This document shows, piece by piece, positions 45,801-54,286 of a stretch of 64,000 bases of DNA. Position numbers and translations under genes: made by a program. How positions within the stretch are numbered: position 1 is the stretch's first letter; each line of letters starts with the position of its first letter. This stretch comes from a virus. Location: positions 5,194-69,193 of IMG/VR virus record IMGVR_UViG_3300045119_000457. The stretch is one strand, 5' to 3'. The notes under the pieces are model-generated. The model was not told the DNA's origin and ran no database searches. It saw nothing but the letters and a program-made list of their open reading frames with translations.

Positions 45801-47242
45801 GTATCGATATCAGGTTGCTGACCAGCAGCCTTAATACGGGTCGCCGCGACCTGCAGATGCGAGGCGGGATTAACGTCGCCCTGCCAATAACCCGGTGCTT
45901 CTACGGTGCCGGGTGACAACATGCCAAGATGCTTGGCCAAAAGGTCGTTGCCGTCCGAATCCTGCAACGCTTCGCTGATGCGCTTGTGATAATCGGCGCG
46001 TTTCTCCGGTGACAGGTTCGAAAGACCCGCCATATGGTCGACCGAACGGCTCGGTGTCGCTTCCCACGACACATGCGCCAGGTTCTGATCGAGAAAATCG
46101 GAAAAATCGCGGGCACTTTTCTTGATGTGATCAGCATCGAGCACTTTTTCGAGCGCGCGATCGCGCATCAGGCTCGAATAGGCGTCCTCCTGGCCCTGGT
46201 TGATCTGAAACTTAGGCTTGCCCTTGTCGCTCGGCACCATGGAGGCCATGCCCTTGTCGAGCGCCTCCTTCATGACGTCCTTCTTGACCGCCTCCTGGCG
46301 CGTTTTCATCGCCGTCCAGATCGCTGCCTGCACCTGGTGCGGCTTCCAGCCGAGCTCCTTGCCCAACTTGTGCGTCAGCTTCTCCATAAAATCGTATTTC
46401 GTGGCGTTCGACACGGCGTCGTCATGGAAGCCGAAGGCGCGCGCCATCCAGAGGTCCTGGGTCGAGCCTTGATCGATCGTCGGATCGATGTGGACCATCA
46501 AGTTGCGATAGAAATTGTTGGTCTTGCGACCTTCGAACGGGATCCCCTCGTTCATCAGCAGGTGAGCTTTGAGATCGCGGTCGGCGGTGGCGATATTCTC
46601 GTAGCCCGCCATGTTGTGACGGGCGAACAGGAAACGCTTGCCGCTGTCATCGAGCGGTACCTTGGTGATGGTCGAGCCGGCATTGCCACCGCCACCACCG
46701 GGATGCTGCTTGGCCAGTTCCTTGGCGTAATCAGACGCGCCCTTGATGGTGTCAAACGTCTTGTCGCGCTCGAGAATATCGCCGGCCCACATCGGTTGAC
46801 CTGACTTGGCGCGGTTATAGGCCTTGATGGCGTTCTGGGTGTTGACGTCGACCGCGGTCTGCGGCGAGTAGATCGCGATCAGCTGAGCGATCTTGTGGGC
46901 TTCGCCGCGATCGCCCTGGACGTAATCAAGAATCCGCTTGCTCGACTTCTCGTACCACATGCGACCCGGCTCGCCCTCCTGCGCCAGGCCCTTGAGGTCG
47001 GCATGCAGACGCTTGACGGCGGTGCCCGGTGCCGGCTGCTGATAGCGATCGACCATGCGGCCGATCTGGGTCTGCCGGGCCTTGGCCAGCAGGCGGCCCA
47101 GAAAGGCGTGGCTGGCCGTCGGATCAGCATCAGGTGGCGGCGGGGCGGCCGGCGTCGCGGGCGGTGCTGCACTGGCAGCACCCAAACCAGGTGCCGGTGG
47201 CACTTCGTTTGGTTGCGGGTCGGGCAGCTCGTCAGGGGTCAT
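42890..47242 (-). CDS. large multidomain (polyvalent-type) protein
   Basis: 1450 aa; N-terminal WY..SPQ..KTNNF..DLWM..QAAIW domain and C-terminal PGGKNYRE..SHW..EELQSD domain. Confidence 0.8.
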   Translation of the reverse strand: MTPDELPDPQPNEVPPAPGLGAASAAPPATPAAPPPPDADPTASHAFLGRLLAKARQTQIGRMVDRYQQPAPGTAVKRLHADLKGLAQEGEPGRMWYEKSSKRILDYVQGDRGEAHKIAQLIAIYSPQTAVDVNTQNAIKAYNRAKSGQPMWAGDILERDKTFDTIKGASDYAKELAKQHPGGGGGNAGSTITKVPLDDSGKRFLFARHNMAGYENIATADRDLKAHLLMNEGIPFEGRKTNNFYRNLMVHIDPTIDQGSTQDLWMARAFGFHDDAVSNATKYDFMEKLTHKLGKELGWKPHQVQAAIWTAMKTRQEAVKKDVMKEALDKGMASMVPSDKGKPKFQINQGQEDAYSSLMRDRALEKVLDADHIKKSARDFSDFLDQNLAHVSWEATPSRSVDHMAGLSNLSPEKRADYHKRISEALQDSDGNDLLAKHLGMLSPGTVEAPGYWQGDVNPASHLQVAATRIKAAGQQPDIDTASRDLLDHYANARGLLLKQDGVGYHRPYYNPQVSKANGVEYQFEKPLSGDQIRHLGALVDQIPDTALIPSGPGTMRIVNFSKMADHKVFHKAVDEALQKFDSGGITAHERLFASDGELRGNDWKANPNGEDYKARLSAAGRSDVLRFVSDVLAPKVEAVDKAFAQEHGLKRDTRLEKAIRASGSQEGVDLLRGLGRRPTKADGGPVKRDKDFYDAVWRAEQALRRKKANGGTVDMGSTPYSAGEGPPGEPGKGVKKAAGLSSLLGGGGSGSGTPGNPANANEFAMQVANDPSADPTARVFAAGAASSGKINSQGQEATKAGFADGGPVSDDQTPPPPPPPPPQQIGSALDTPSYIKPIDEGRRTLSPIGLYSHAAEETWKQPQMKGSPAQFKAMLLKRGVKPDEFKWSGYDQAFAGKNVVTKREVRDHFTKHLPKIEEMEYGDKNYDYADDTGPSGGTKYHDYQLPGGKNYREVVLHLPSTPTHKKTLNDVAREKGYGDWNSLSPEQRAEVSKEYDNVNKPLRTPEYRSSHWDEPNVLAHLRLSDRDGPPVPRYVWRNKTSGATTRAFDSEDEARRHLTTLPEKLHGNLELKTMKQHEKILHLEELQSDYGQDVREAGGFHDPEKHKAAVKALAIHQGDMRELLKQKLLAGTHMSLENVHDHVDNLGDGGVVRSLGEVGEQAAADKYRALRDTVDKTAENKLPPAPYVDSTAKWTDLGLKRALHEAAKGGYDRLVVTPGEEQAKRYDLSQQVSSLSYDPKFKILEVTPKENSRMADPQQIKGVTPENLASHIGKEAAERLMHPDNRLPSSGVHTMSGDGLKIGGQGMKGFYDTILPKALEKLAKQHDPEARVQPHAHTIDNQAELLRATHDNYQAFKNWVRNNPKYADIGDEGHIHNAFRRDQKGAMVRDYLAAHPPHKLHALTITPRMRTSILAGQKGYASGGRISERLHDDIYQKLRKTIDVGGRYP

Positions 47243-49605
47243 GGCTGGCCCTTCATGTCGCCCCCGAGATCACCGAACGTCTTGCCGTGCTGCTTGACGT
47301 CCTGGTGCTGCTGACGCTCTTTGATGTCCTGGAAGGCCTCGCGGGCGATCGGCTCGACCAGGCCGGCGCTCTCGGGATGGACCGCCACGTTCTGCGCCAG
47401 GTCGATGAGCTGCAGGCGGGCACCCATCAGGCGATCCTGCTCCTTCGAATCGAGATCCTTCTGCTTGGTCTCCATGTCGACCCGCGCCTTGATGGCGCCG
47501 AGGCCCTGCTCGGTGGTCTGGCCCTGCTGCTTGAGCTGCAACTCGGCCTGGCCAAGGGCCTGCTTGCCCTGCGCCTCGCGCTCCTTGACCTGGACCTCCT
47601 GCTGCTTGACGCCGACGTTCTGACGCTTGATGTCGAGCTCGGCCTTGGCGTTCTCCATGTCCGGCGTCGGCTTGCCGAGGGCCTCGGGCGGCGCCAGCAG
47701 CTGATCTGGATTGAAGCCAATCGTCCTGACAACAATTCTTTCCACGGCAATCGGATCGTACATACCCGGCGGCGCCGCGGACTGGGCGCCTTTGAGCGCG
47801 ACAACTTTAGCAATGCGCTGGGTCTGCGAGGCGGTGTTGGGATCGGCCACCGGCACCAGGTTGCACTGGCCGAGCGCACGCTCGAAAGTTTCCTGGTCCC
47901 ACGGGTAGCTCGGCGCGTCGCGGCACTCCCAAAACGATTCGGGATGCTCCTTGAAACACTCGGCGATGCAGGCGAATTCGAGCGCTTGTGCCGCGTGCAT
48001 GCGCTTGTGGACGGAGTTTATAATCTTCTGGGCCTGCTCGATTGTGGCGAGCGTGGTCCCGACCGGGGTGTTGCCTCGGGGCTCCTCTACCGGCTGTTCG
48101 GAAGTGCCGCCGAGGCGCATCCCGGTTTGCGCCATGTTGTCGACCAGGGTCATCAACGGCGCCATCTGCGTGGTGTTGTAGGGCAGCGGCATCACGGCCT
48201 GGCCGATCGGCATGCCCTGGGTGTCGATCGGCGAGCCGCCGCCTGGGGGAACACGCTTGAGCAAGGTGTCCTGACGCCCTGCCTGCTTGGCATATAAAAA
48301 GCCCGGAAAATTGGCGAACATCCCGTTGTCCAACATCTCGCGCCAGGCTGCTGTGATGGCGTTGGTCGTGTTACCCAAGATGTGAAGCAAGCCGATGCCA
48401 TAGAAGCCAAATCCGGGAACAAAGACGTAGGGCACAAAGGTACGCCGGCGCTCGGGCAGCGGCCCAACGGATTTCTTGTTGTAGTCGCGACAGACCGCGA
48501 GGATTTGGCGCGAGCTGACGTCGATGGTAACGCGATAGGGCACTTCGAGCCCGGAGGGTTTGCCGCGCCATTTGTGTTCATAGCCCTCGATGTCGAGCTC
48601 GCAGTAGCATTCGTAGATCTCGCGGTCGCGGTCTTCGGGCCGGCTCATGTTGCCCTGGGCGACGCCCTGCTGCTCCTTCTCGGCCTTGTCGATGGCGTTG
48701 AGGTCGGGCTGCCGGGCAGTGCCGACATCGACGTCACGGTAGACACCCAAGATCTGCATGCGCTTGAACGTCGACTTTTTCAGCCAGATGCGATGGGTAA
48801 TGCGCGAGGCGTTCTGCAGTGACGTCGCCTCGTTGTTAACGATCAGGTCCTTGGCCTCGACGGTCTCGCTGACCGGCCTCTGGCGGATCGGGCAGTAGTA
48901 GATTTTCTTGAAACCCATGCCCTGGAAGCCGAGCTTCAGGAACATGCGATCGGTGTCAGGATAAAACTCGTGCGCCGTCGAGGTCAGGTAATGGTTGAAG
49001 TCTTTCTGGTACTGGTTGGCCAAATCGTCGAAGTCCGGGGTGGAGTTGTTGTCATCATCGCGGACCTTTACCGGCCCGTCGACGGGCAGGAACTCTCCGT
49101 TCGCGTTCGCCTGGAAGCGCAGGCAGGCTTCGAGCAGAAGTGGGTGGCGGACGCGCGACATGCCCTCGACCGCCGCACCATCGCCCGAGGTCCCGGACTG
49201 TGGATTTTCAAGCTTAAGACCGAGCAGGCTTACGCTATCGGCCACCATGTCCACCCACTCCTGGCGTGACTGGTCGTCGTCGGCGATGCCGCGCATCAGA
49301 TCCTCGCAGATCCGCGTCAGCTCCATGTCGGAAATGTCGTCGGCCAGGTTCTTGAACCAGCCGGTGCGCTCGGCCCGCTCGGCGCTCTGCAGGGGCTTGC
49401 CGTTGATCGATACCGTGACCGAGCCGTCAGCGTGCTCGATTTTTATGACGTTGCCCTCAGCGTCGAGAACCGGCGTGTCCTCGGGCTCTTTCGGGCGCGG
49501 CTCGACGGCCTCATCGTCGCCCTGCGTGATGGCGACCGGCTGCACGGCCTTCGCATCGGTTGGGCGATTGTCGACCAGCCTCAAATTAGGATTCAGTCCG
49601 GCCAC
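47239..49605 (-). CDS. portal protein
   Basis: HPLLLEA, GFKKIYY, PGFGFYGIGL, PVGTTLA, PVADPN motifs; follows TerL; GTG start with GGGAGA RBS. Confidence 0.9.
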   Translation of the reverse strand: MAGLNPNLRLVDNRPTDAKAVQPVAITQGDDEAVEPRPKEPEDTPVLDAEGNVIKIEHADGSVTVSINGKPLQSAERAERTGWFKNLADDISDMELTRICEDLMRGIADDDQSRQEWVDMVADSVSLLGLKLENPQSGTSGDGAAVEGMSRVRHPLLLEACLRFQANANGEFLPVDGPVKVRDDDNNSTPDFDDLANQYQKDFNHYLTSTAHEFYPDTDRMFLKLGFQGMGFKKIYYCPIRQRPVSETVEAKDLIVNNEATSLQNASRITHRIWLKKSTFKRMQILGVYRDVDVGTARQPDLNAIDKAEKEQQGVAQGNMSRPEDRDREIYECYCELDIEGYEHKWRGKPSGLEVPYRVTIDVSSRQILAVCRDYNKKSVGPLPERRRTFVPYVFVPGFGFYGIGLLHILGNTTNAITAAWREMLDNGMFANFPGFLYAKQAGRQDTLLKRVPPGGGSPIDTQGMPIGQAVMPLPYNTTQMAPLMTLVDNMAQTGMRLGGTSEQPVEEPRGNTPVGTTLATIEQAQKIINSVHKRMHAAQALEFACIAECFKEHPESFWECRDAPSYPWDQETFERALGQCNLVPVADPNTASQTQRIAKVVALKGAQSAAPPGMYDPIAVERIVVRTIGFNPDQLLAPPEALGKPTPDMENAKAELDIKRQNVGVKQQEVQVKEREAQGKQALGQAELQLKQQGQTTEQGLGAIKARVDMETKQKDLDSKEQDRLMGARLQLIDLAQNVAVHPESAGLVEPIAREAFQDIKERQQHQDVKQHGKTFGDLGGDMKGQP

Positions 49606-49697
49606 GGATAAGTCTCCCTCGAGGGGCACTCCGTGGCGCCGCCGAGGCGCGTCCAGGGGCTTTTAAATCTCTAGCGACCCGCCGCCGGGGCAGGCCT

Positions 49698-49976
49698 TCA
49701 ATGCAGGACGGGCAGCCGCTCCGAGAATTCCTCCTCGAACAGTTTCAGGCCCTGCGCCGCCGCAGCATTATCATCGATTGCCTTCACGGTGTAGACCTTG
49801 CGCCGCGGATAGGGCCCGTCGCGCCAGTCGCGGCGCTCCTCGACATGGACGTGCCACCACGACAGCGCGCTCTCGTTCTCGACCGGGCGGCACCAGTCGA
49901 CCATGCAGTGGCAGGCCACCTTAACCAGGATAGAGCGGGACAACGCGTCGGTGGGAGAGGGCATCGAGACCTTCAT
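49698..49976 (-). CDS. hypothetical protein
   Basis: ORF between TerL and portal; start uncertain. Confidence 0.55.
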   Translation of the reverse strand: MKVSMPSPTDALSRSILVKVACHCMVDWCRPVENESALSWWHVHVEERRDWRDGPYPRRKVYTVKAIDDNAAAAQGLKLFEEEFSERLPVLH

Positions 49977-51600
49977 CGAGCTCGGCCATGCGCTCGGCCG
50001 GCCGCGTCAACATGCCAAGATCGCGGAGATGTCGCAACGCCTGTGACGTGGAATCCACCAAATCGTCGTGCTCGGCGTTGGGGAAGGTACCGCACTGGGC
50101 GATGACCTCCTCGGCCCACGCTCGATCGGGGGCAAACACCATGCGCTCCTCGAAGATGTTCTGGCACGAATACAATCTTGCGACCTTGTCGACGCGGCCG
50201 GGATTGTTGAGCTGGATGCCAAAACCTTCGTGGGCGAACAGCCGGCGCAGCTCCTGGGCGACGCTGATGCCCGAAGCCTTCGATTCGATCAGAAGCTTGT
50301 CGACGCTGAGACCGGGGCGCTTGCGGACGCACATCTTGGCAACGTGCTGGACCAGCTCATGGAGCTCGAGGCGGCCGGCCCAGGCGTACATCAGCATGAC
50401 CCGCTGCGCCGCCGCGCCGAACACGCGATGCGACTGGCCGAGAGCGCCGTACTTGATGTCGCGCGCCACCACGTCGCCGGTGAAGATGCCCCAAATCGTC
50501 AAAGCTGACGGATCGTTCATGGTGTCTTCGGTGTAAGCCGAATCGAGCGAGGCCAGGATATAATCCATCGGCGGAAAGGCGGCCGGCTTGATCGGCTGGC
50601 CGAGTTCGTCGACCTCCTCGCCCTCGGGCGGCCAGAGCTGCCAATGAACGCGCTTGATGATGCCGCCGCCGGCTGGTTCTGGGCGCTGCTGCAGCTGGCC
50701 CGCGGCGCGCCAGCTCCCCAGGTTGCTCTTGAGGCTGGCCACTTCGCGGTGTCCGAAGCGCTCGGGCCAGAGTAGTTCTCCCTCGCTCTCCCTAGGATCT
50801 TTCCAGCCGATCGACGTCACGAAGCTGCGGCGGCTCTCATACTCCATCGGCAGGCAAAGATGTGTCCACTCCGGCCATTCGCTTTTGCGCATGATGTGGC
50901 CGCTCAGATCCGATTCGCCGAGACGCTGCTGGATGACAATGTAGGCGCCGGTTTTCTGATCATTCAATCGGGTGCTCATCGTGCCGTCCCACCAATCTTC
51001 GTTGGTGGTTTCGACGATGGCATCGGACAGCACTTCCTTGGCATTATTGGGATCGTCGATGATGACGATGTTGCCGCCCTCGCCGGTCACACCTCCATCC
51101 ACGCTGATCACCAGGCGCTCGCCGCCGGCCTCGTTGCCGAAGCGGATCTTCATATCATTGTCAGAGCTGATCTTGACGCGCTCGCCCCACAGCTCCTGGT
51201 ACCACGGCGATTTGATCAACCTTCGACACTTGATCGAATCACGGACGCTGAGCTTGAATGAATAGGAGCCGCAGACGATCGGCACGGCCGGGCCCGAGGT
51301 CGGTGAGCGATGCTCCTGGGCCCACACCCAGGCGGGAAAAGCGACGCTGCAAATGCTCGACTTCGAGCAGCGCGGCGGGATGTGAATCATTAATCGTTTC
51401 GCCTCGCCGTCGACCACCGCCTCGAGATGATCGGCCAGCGCGTCGATCACCCAGCCGTGGCGGAACTCGGCGGGGTCGATGTAGCGCCAGGCGCGGGCGA
51501 GAAACGCCGCCAGCGATTCCTCGCAGTCGAACTTCTCGAGCGCTGCGAGCTGCTTGGTGGCGTCGAGCTTCTGGCCGTTCCAGTTGATCAGGGTTGCCAT
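49921..51600 (-). CDS. terL: terminase large subunit
   Basis: IPPRCSKS Walker A, IIDDP Walker B, QQRP, SLDSAY, IESKASG, FPNAEHDDLVDS. Confidence 0.95.
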   Translation of the reverse strand: MATLINWNGQKLDATKQLAALEKFDCEESLAAFLARAWRYIDPAEFRHGWVIDALADHLEAVVDGEAKRLMIHIPPRCSKSSICSVAFPAWVWAQEHRSPTSGPAVPIVCGSYSFKLSVRDSIKCRRLIKSPWYQELWGERVKISSDNDMKIRFGNEAGGERLVISVDGGVTGEGGNIVIIDDPNNAKEVLSDAIVETTNEDWWDGTMSTRLNDQKTGAYIVIQQRLGESDLSGHIMRKSEWPEWTHLCLPMEYESRRSFVTSIGWKDPRESEGELLWPERFGHREVASLKSNLGSWRAAGQLQQRPEPAGGGIIKRVHWQLWPPEGEEVDELGQPIKPAAFPPMDYILASLDSAYTEDTMNDPSALTIWGIFTGDVVARDIKYGALGQSHRVFGAAAQRVMLMYAWAGRLELHELVQHVAKMCVRKRPGLSVDKLLIESKASGISVAQELRRLFAHEGFGIQLNNPGRVDKVARLYSCQNIFEERMVFAPDRAWAEEVIAQCGTFPNAEHDDLVDSTSQALRHLRDLGMLTRPAERMAELDEGLDALSHRRVVPLYPG

Positions 51601-51602
51601 TG

Positions 51603-51902
51603 TCAGGCGGGCTCGGGATCCCTGTCAGGCGGCGGCGCTGTCTGGCGGAACATCTGCTGTTGCAGCTGATCCTGGGCTTGGTTTGATAGTTTGGCTTGCT
51701 GATTGAGCCGTTGATAGTCCGCGCCGCCAACCGAGATAGCGCCGAGGAGAGGCTTGGCGTGCTCAATCCACTCAATCAGGATCTCAATGTCGTCAGCAGG
51801 ATCGGGCGGGGTGTCTTTGTCGAGCGGCGGTTCCTGTTTGAGCAGCGCGACATAGGCTTTCATGCGATAAAGGGCACTGTCGAGAGACGTCGGGTCTGCC
51901 AT
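51603..51902 (-). CDS. hypothetical protein
   Basis: AGGAGG RBS; 99 aa directly upstream of terL. Confidence 0.65.
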   Translation of the reverse strand: MADPTSLDSALYRMKAYVALLKQEPPLDKDTPPDPADDIEILIEWIEHAKPLLGAISVGGADYQRLNQQAKLSNQAQDQLQQQMFRQTAPPPDRDPEPA

Positions 51903-51962
51903 CGTGGTCCTCCTATGGTCCGCGCCGATCATAACCAAATGCGCCAGGAGCGCATATGCTTG

Positions 51963-52196
51963 ATGGCCGACCGCCCGCCGTTCGATCCGCAGAGAGCCGC
52001 CTTCTGGTTGATCGCCTTTGTCGTCGGCGTGTACGGCATCGTCATCATGACCTTTGCCGCCGCCTGTTTCATGCACCACCAGGAGATCATCACCAGCGAC
52101 GCGGTGTCGTGCGACCCCAACAACCGGCTGATGGGCCTTCTCGCTGCTGCCCTGGCAGCTGCCTTAGCGTTCGCCGGCAGCCGCATCAACAAATAG
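51963..52196 (+). CDS. two-TM membrane protein, holin candidate
   Basis: Two hydrophobic helices; upstream of the peptidase in a plus-strand cassette. Confidence 0.55.
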   Translation: MADRPPFDPQRAAFWLIAFVVGVYGIVIMTFAAACFMHHQEIITSDAVSCDPNNRLMGLLAAALAAALAFAGSRINK

Positions 52197-52206
52197 GGAG
52201 GACGCC

Positions 52207-52389
52207 ATGATCAGGCCCTACGCCATCGAGATGGACGAGCCGATCCCGTGCGAGGTGTGCGGCACGCTGAACGCCTGCCGGCCGTTCGGACCGAACGCCG
52301 AGCTGGTGTGCTACAGCTGTGCCATCAAAGACCGCGCCGCCTTCCTGCGCGGCTTCCGGCGCTGCTTCGAAAAAGAAGGAACCGCCTGA
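52207..52389 (+). CDS. small zinc-binding hypothetical protein
   Basis: CEVCG..CRPFGP...CYSC; GGGAGG RBS. Confidence 0.7.
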   Translation: MIRPYAIEMDEPIPCEVCGTLNACRPFGPNAELVCYSCAIKDRAAFLRGFRRCFEKEGTA

Positions 52390-52841
52390 TGACGACCATG
52401 CTCACCGAACATTTCAGCCTCGAGGAATTCCTCCACTCCGACACCGCCGAGCGCGAATCGATTCCAAACGTGCCGGATGAAAGCGCGCTCAAGAACCTGA
52501 CGCGGCTGGCCAGCGTGATGGAAGAGGTCCGCGCGATCTGCGGCAACTATCCGGTGACGATCACGTCAGGCTACCGCGGGCCCGAGCTCAACGCGGCGAT
52601 CGGCGGGGCTAGTAACTCAGCCCACCTCTACGGCCTGGCCTGCGACTTCACCATCGCCGGCGCCGGCCCGCCGATCGCGATCTGCACGACGCTCGAGATC
52701 TACCTCGAGCCGCTCGGCATCGACCAGCTCATCCTAGAATATGACGACTGGACCCACCTTGGCCTGGTCGACGAATCGATGGCGCCGCGCCACCAGGCGC
52801 TGACCATCAATAACTCGGGCACGACAACCGGCTTTGCTTGA
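52389..52841 (+). CDS. peptidase M15 family endolysin
   Basis: LTEHFSLEEF, ITSGYR..LNAAIGG..SAHLYGLACD, WTHLG. Confidence 0.9.
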   Translation: MTTMLTEHFSLEEFLHSDTAERESIPNVPDESALKNLTRLASVMEEVRAICGNYPVTITSGYRGPELNAAIGGASNSAHLYGLACDFTIAGAGPPIAICTTLEIYLEPLGIDQLILEYDDWTHLGLVDESMAPRHQALTINNSGTTTGFA

Positions 52842-52919
52842 GCGGCGGGGCGTATATGATGCGGCCGCTGCCTGACCACACGGGCAGCTCCACAACCACC
52901 TGCAGAAGGGATTCGCCAC

Positions 52920-53393
52920 ATGCCTATCGTGTCATTGCGTCCAATGGGAGAGAGCGGCCTCTACCACATGCACGTACTCGAGGGCGCCGTCGACCCGGGC
53001 TTCGGCTCGGGCCGGCCCGATCGCCCGAACCAAGGCCTGCCGGGCTACGGCCATCCTGACCAGGGCCTGCCAGGCTACGGCCACCCCGATCAAGGGTTGC
53101 CGGGCCACGGCCACCCCGGCAATCGGCCGCCGGGGAGCTGGGGCGGACGCCCTGACAACAGCCTGCCGGGAGGCGGTGGCGGCCTGCCCGACACCAAGCC
53201 GCCGCAGCTCCTGCCGGGCTACACGCTGGTGCTGGTGCGCGGCCAGGACGGCAAGTGGCACTACGCCGCCATCATGCCGGGCAGCGCCCCGCCGAAGCCG
53301 CTGCCCGAGCCGCCGCACCCCGACCAGGGCCCGGTCGACCCCAACGCGCCGCCGGCGCCCGACCAGACACTGCCGCCGCTCGCCCCGGCCTGA
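52920..53393 (+). CDS. Pro/Gly-rich protein with PDQGLPG repeats
   Basis: Tandem GHPDQGLPG repeats. Confidence 0.7.
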   Translation: MPIVSLRPMGESGLYHMHVLEGAVDPGFGSGRPDRPNQGLPGYGHPDQGLPGYGHPDQGLPGHGHPGNRPPGSWGGRPDNSLPGGGGGLPDTKPPQLLPGYTLVLVRGQDGKWHYAAIMPGSAPPKPLPEPPHPDQGPVDPNAPPAPDQTLPPLAPA

Positions 53394-53410
53394 TCCTTCG
53401 GTAGACCAGC

Positions 53411-53441
53411 ACAACGCCGCCAGCTCACCTGGCGGCGTTGT
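53411..53441. terminator. hairpin between convergent units
   Basis: 13-bp perfect stem ACAACGCCGCCAG/CTGGCGGCGTTGT. Confidence 0.6.
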
Positions 53442-53561
53442 CGTGTCGGGAAGAAAATTCACGCCGGCGCGGCGCCGGCCGCGCCGACGTGTGCCACCAC
53501 GAGGGATGGCTAACTGACGAGCGGACCAGCAAACAATCCGCTCGCCCCCTCTCGTACCGTG

Positions 53562-53840
53562 TCAGGGCGCATTGTAGCGCCACAGAAACAACGGCGTGTT
53601 CTCACCGACCCAGGCGCCCAACGTGTTGTAGCTAAAAAACTCCTCGGCCTCCGCCCAGCTCATGCCGTCGCGGTCGACCAGGATTTCGATGCAGCGCTTG
53701 GCATCGTAGACCGCCAGAGGCTGCTTCGAGCAACGCTCGGCGACGCCAATGAGAGCCTCCTCGAGGCCGTCGGCGAGCAGTGCATCCTCATTGTAAACGG
53801 CGACCCATTCACGCAGCGCCTGGTGCTCCTGATCGGTCAT
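53562..53840 (-). CDS. conserved phage hypothetical protein
   Basis: ADGLEEALIG..AVYD..EAEEFFSYN..GAWVGENTP. Confidence 0.8.
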   Translation of the reverse strand: MTDQEHQALREWVAVYNEDALLADGLEEALIGVAERCSKQPLAVYDAKRCIEILVDRDGMSWAEAEEFFSYNTLGAWVGENTPLFLWRYNAP

Positions 53841-53951
53841 GCGATCCCTCCCCGGATCGGCCGAAGCCGCGGCGGCTGGCGCCGCCGCTGCCCCTGGCCA
53901 GCTCTGTCAAAAGCCGAACGGCGCGAGCCGTTGGCCGGTCTCTTAACGCAG

Positions 53952-54035
53952 CTAAGAACGCAATGCCAGGAACAGGATGATGGCAAGGCCGAGCACGATC
54001 AAGGCGTAGGGCAGGACATCGAAGAGCCCGGTCAC
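53952..54035 (-). CDS. 27-aa membrane peptide
   Basis: GTGA overlap with the upstream stop; MTGLFDVLPYALIVLGLAIILFLALRS. Confidence 0.45.
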   Translation of the reverse strand: MTGLFDVLPYALIVLGLAIILFLALRS

Positions 54036-54280
54036 TTGGTGAGGTGTTTGACCGCCCAGAATACCGCTTCCTCCATCTTGGTCTTGGCGAGTGAAATCTC
54101 GCGGCTCTGGCCGAAGCTGTCGACCATCTCGATGAACTCCAAGCCCAAGTCCTTGACGGTCTTCATCTTGAGTTTTTCATCGTCGCTGAGCACGCGGTAC
54201 TCGTGGCGCATCACGTTGTTGGTGACGCGCTGGTCGGAAGTCGAGGGTACGAACTCGGGGTTGGTGTCGGGGACGCTCAT
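54032..54280 (-). CDS. Acb2/Tad1-like helical-hairpin nucleotide-signal sponge (anti-defence)
   Basis: YRVLSDDE...VKDLG..F and SREISLAKTKMEEAVFWAVK; GAGGT RBS. Confidence 0.75.
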   Translation of the reverse strand: MSVPDTNPEFVPSTSDQRVTNNVMRHEYRVLSDDEKLKMKTVKDLGLEFIEMVDSFGQSREISLAKTKMEEAVFWAVKHLTK

Positions 54281-54286
54281 GTGACC

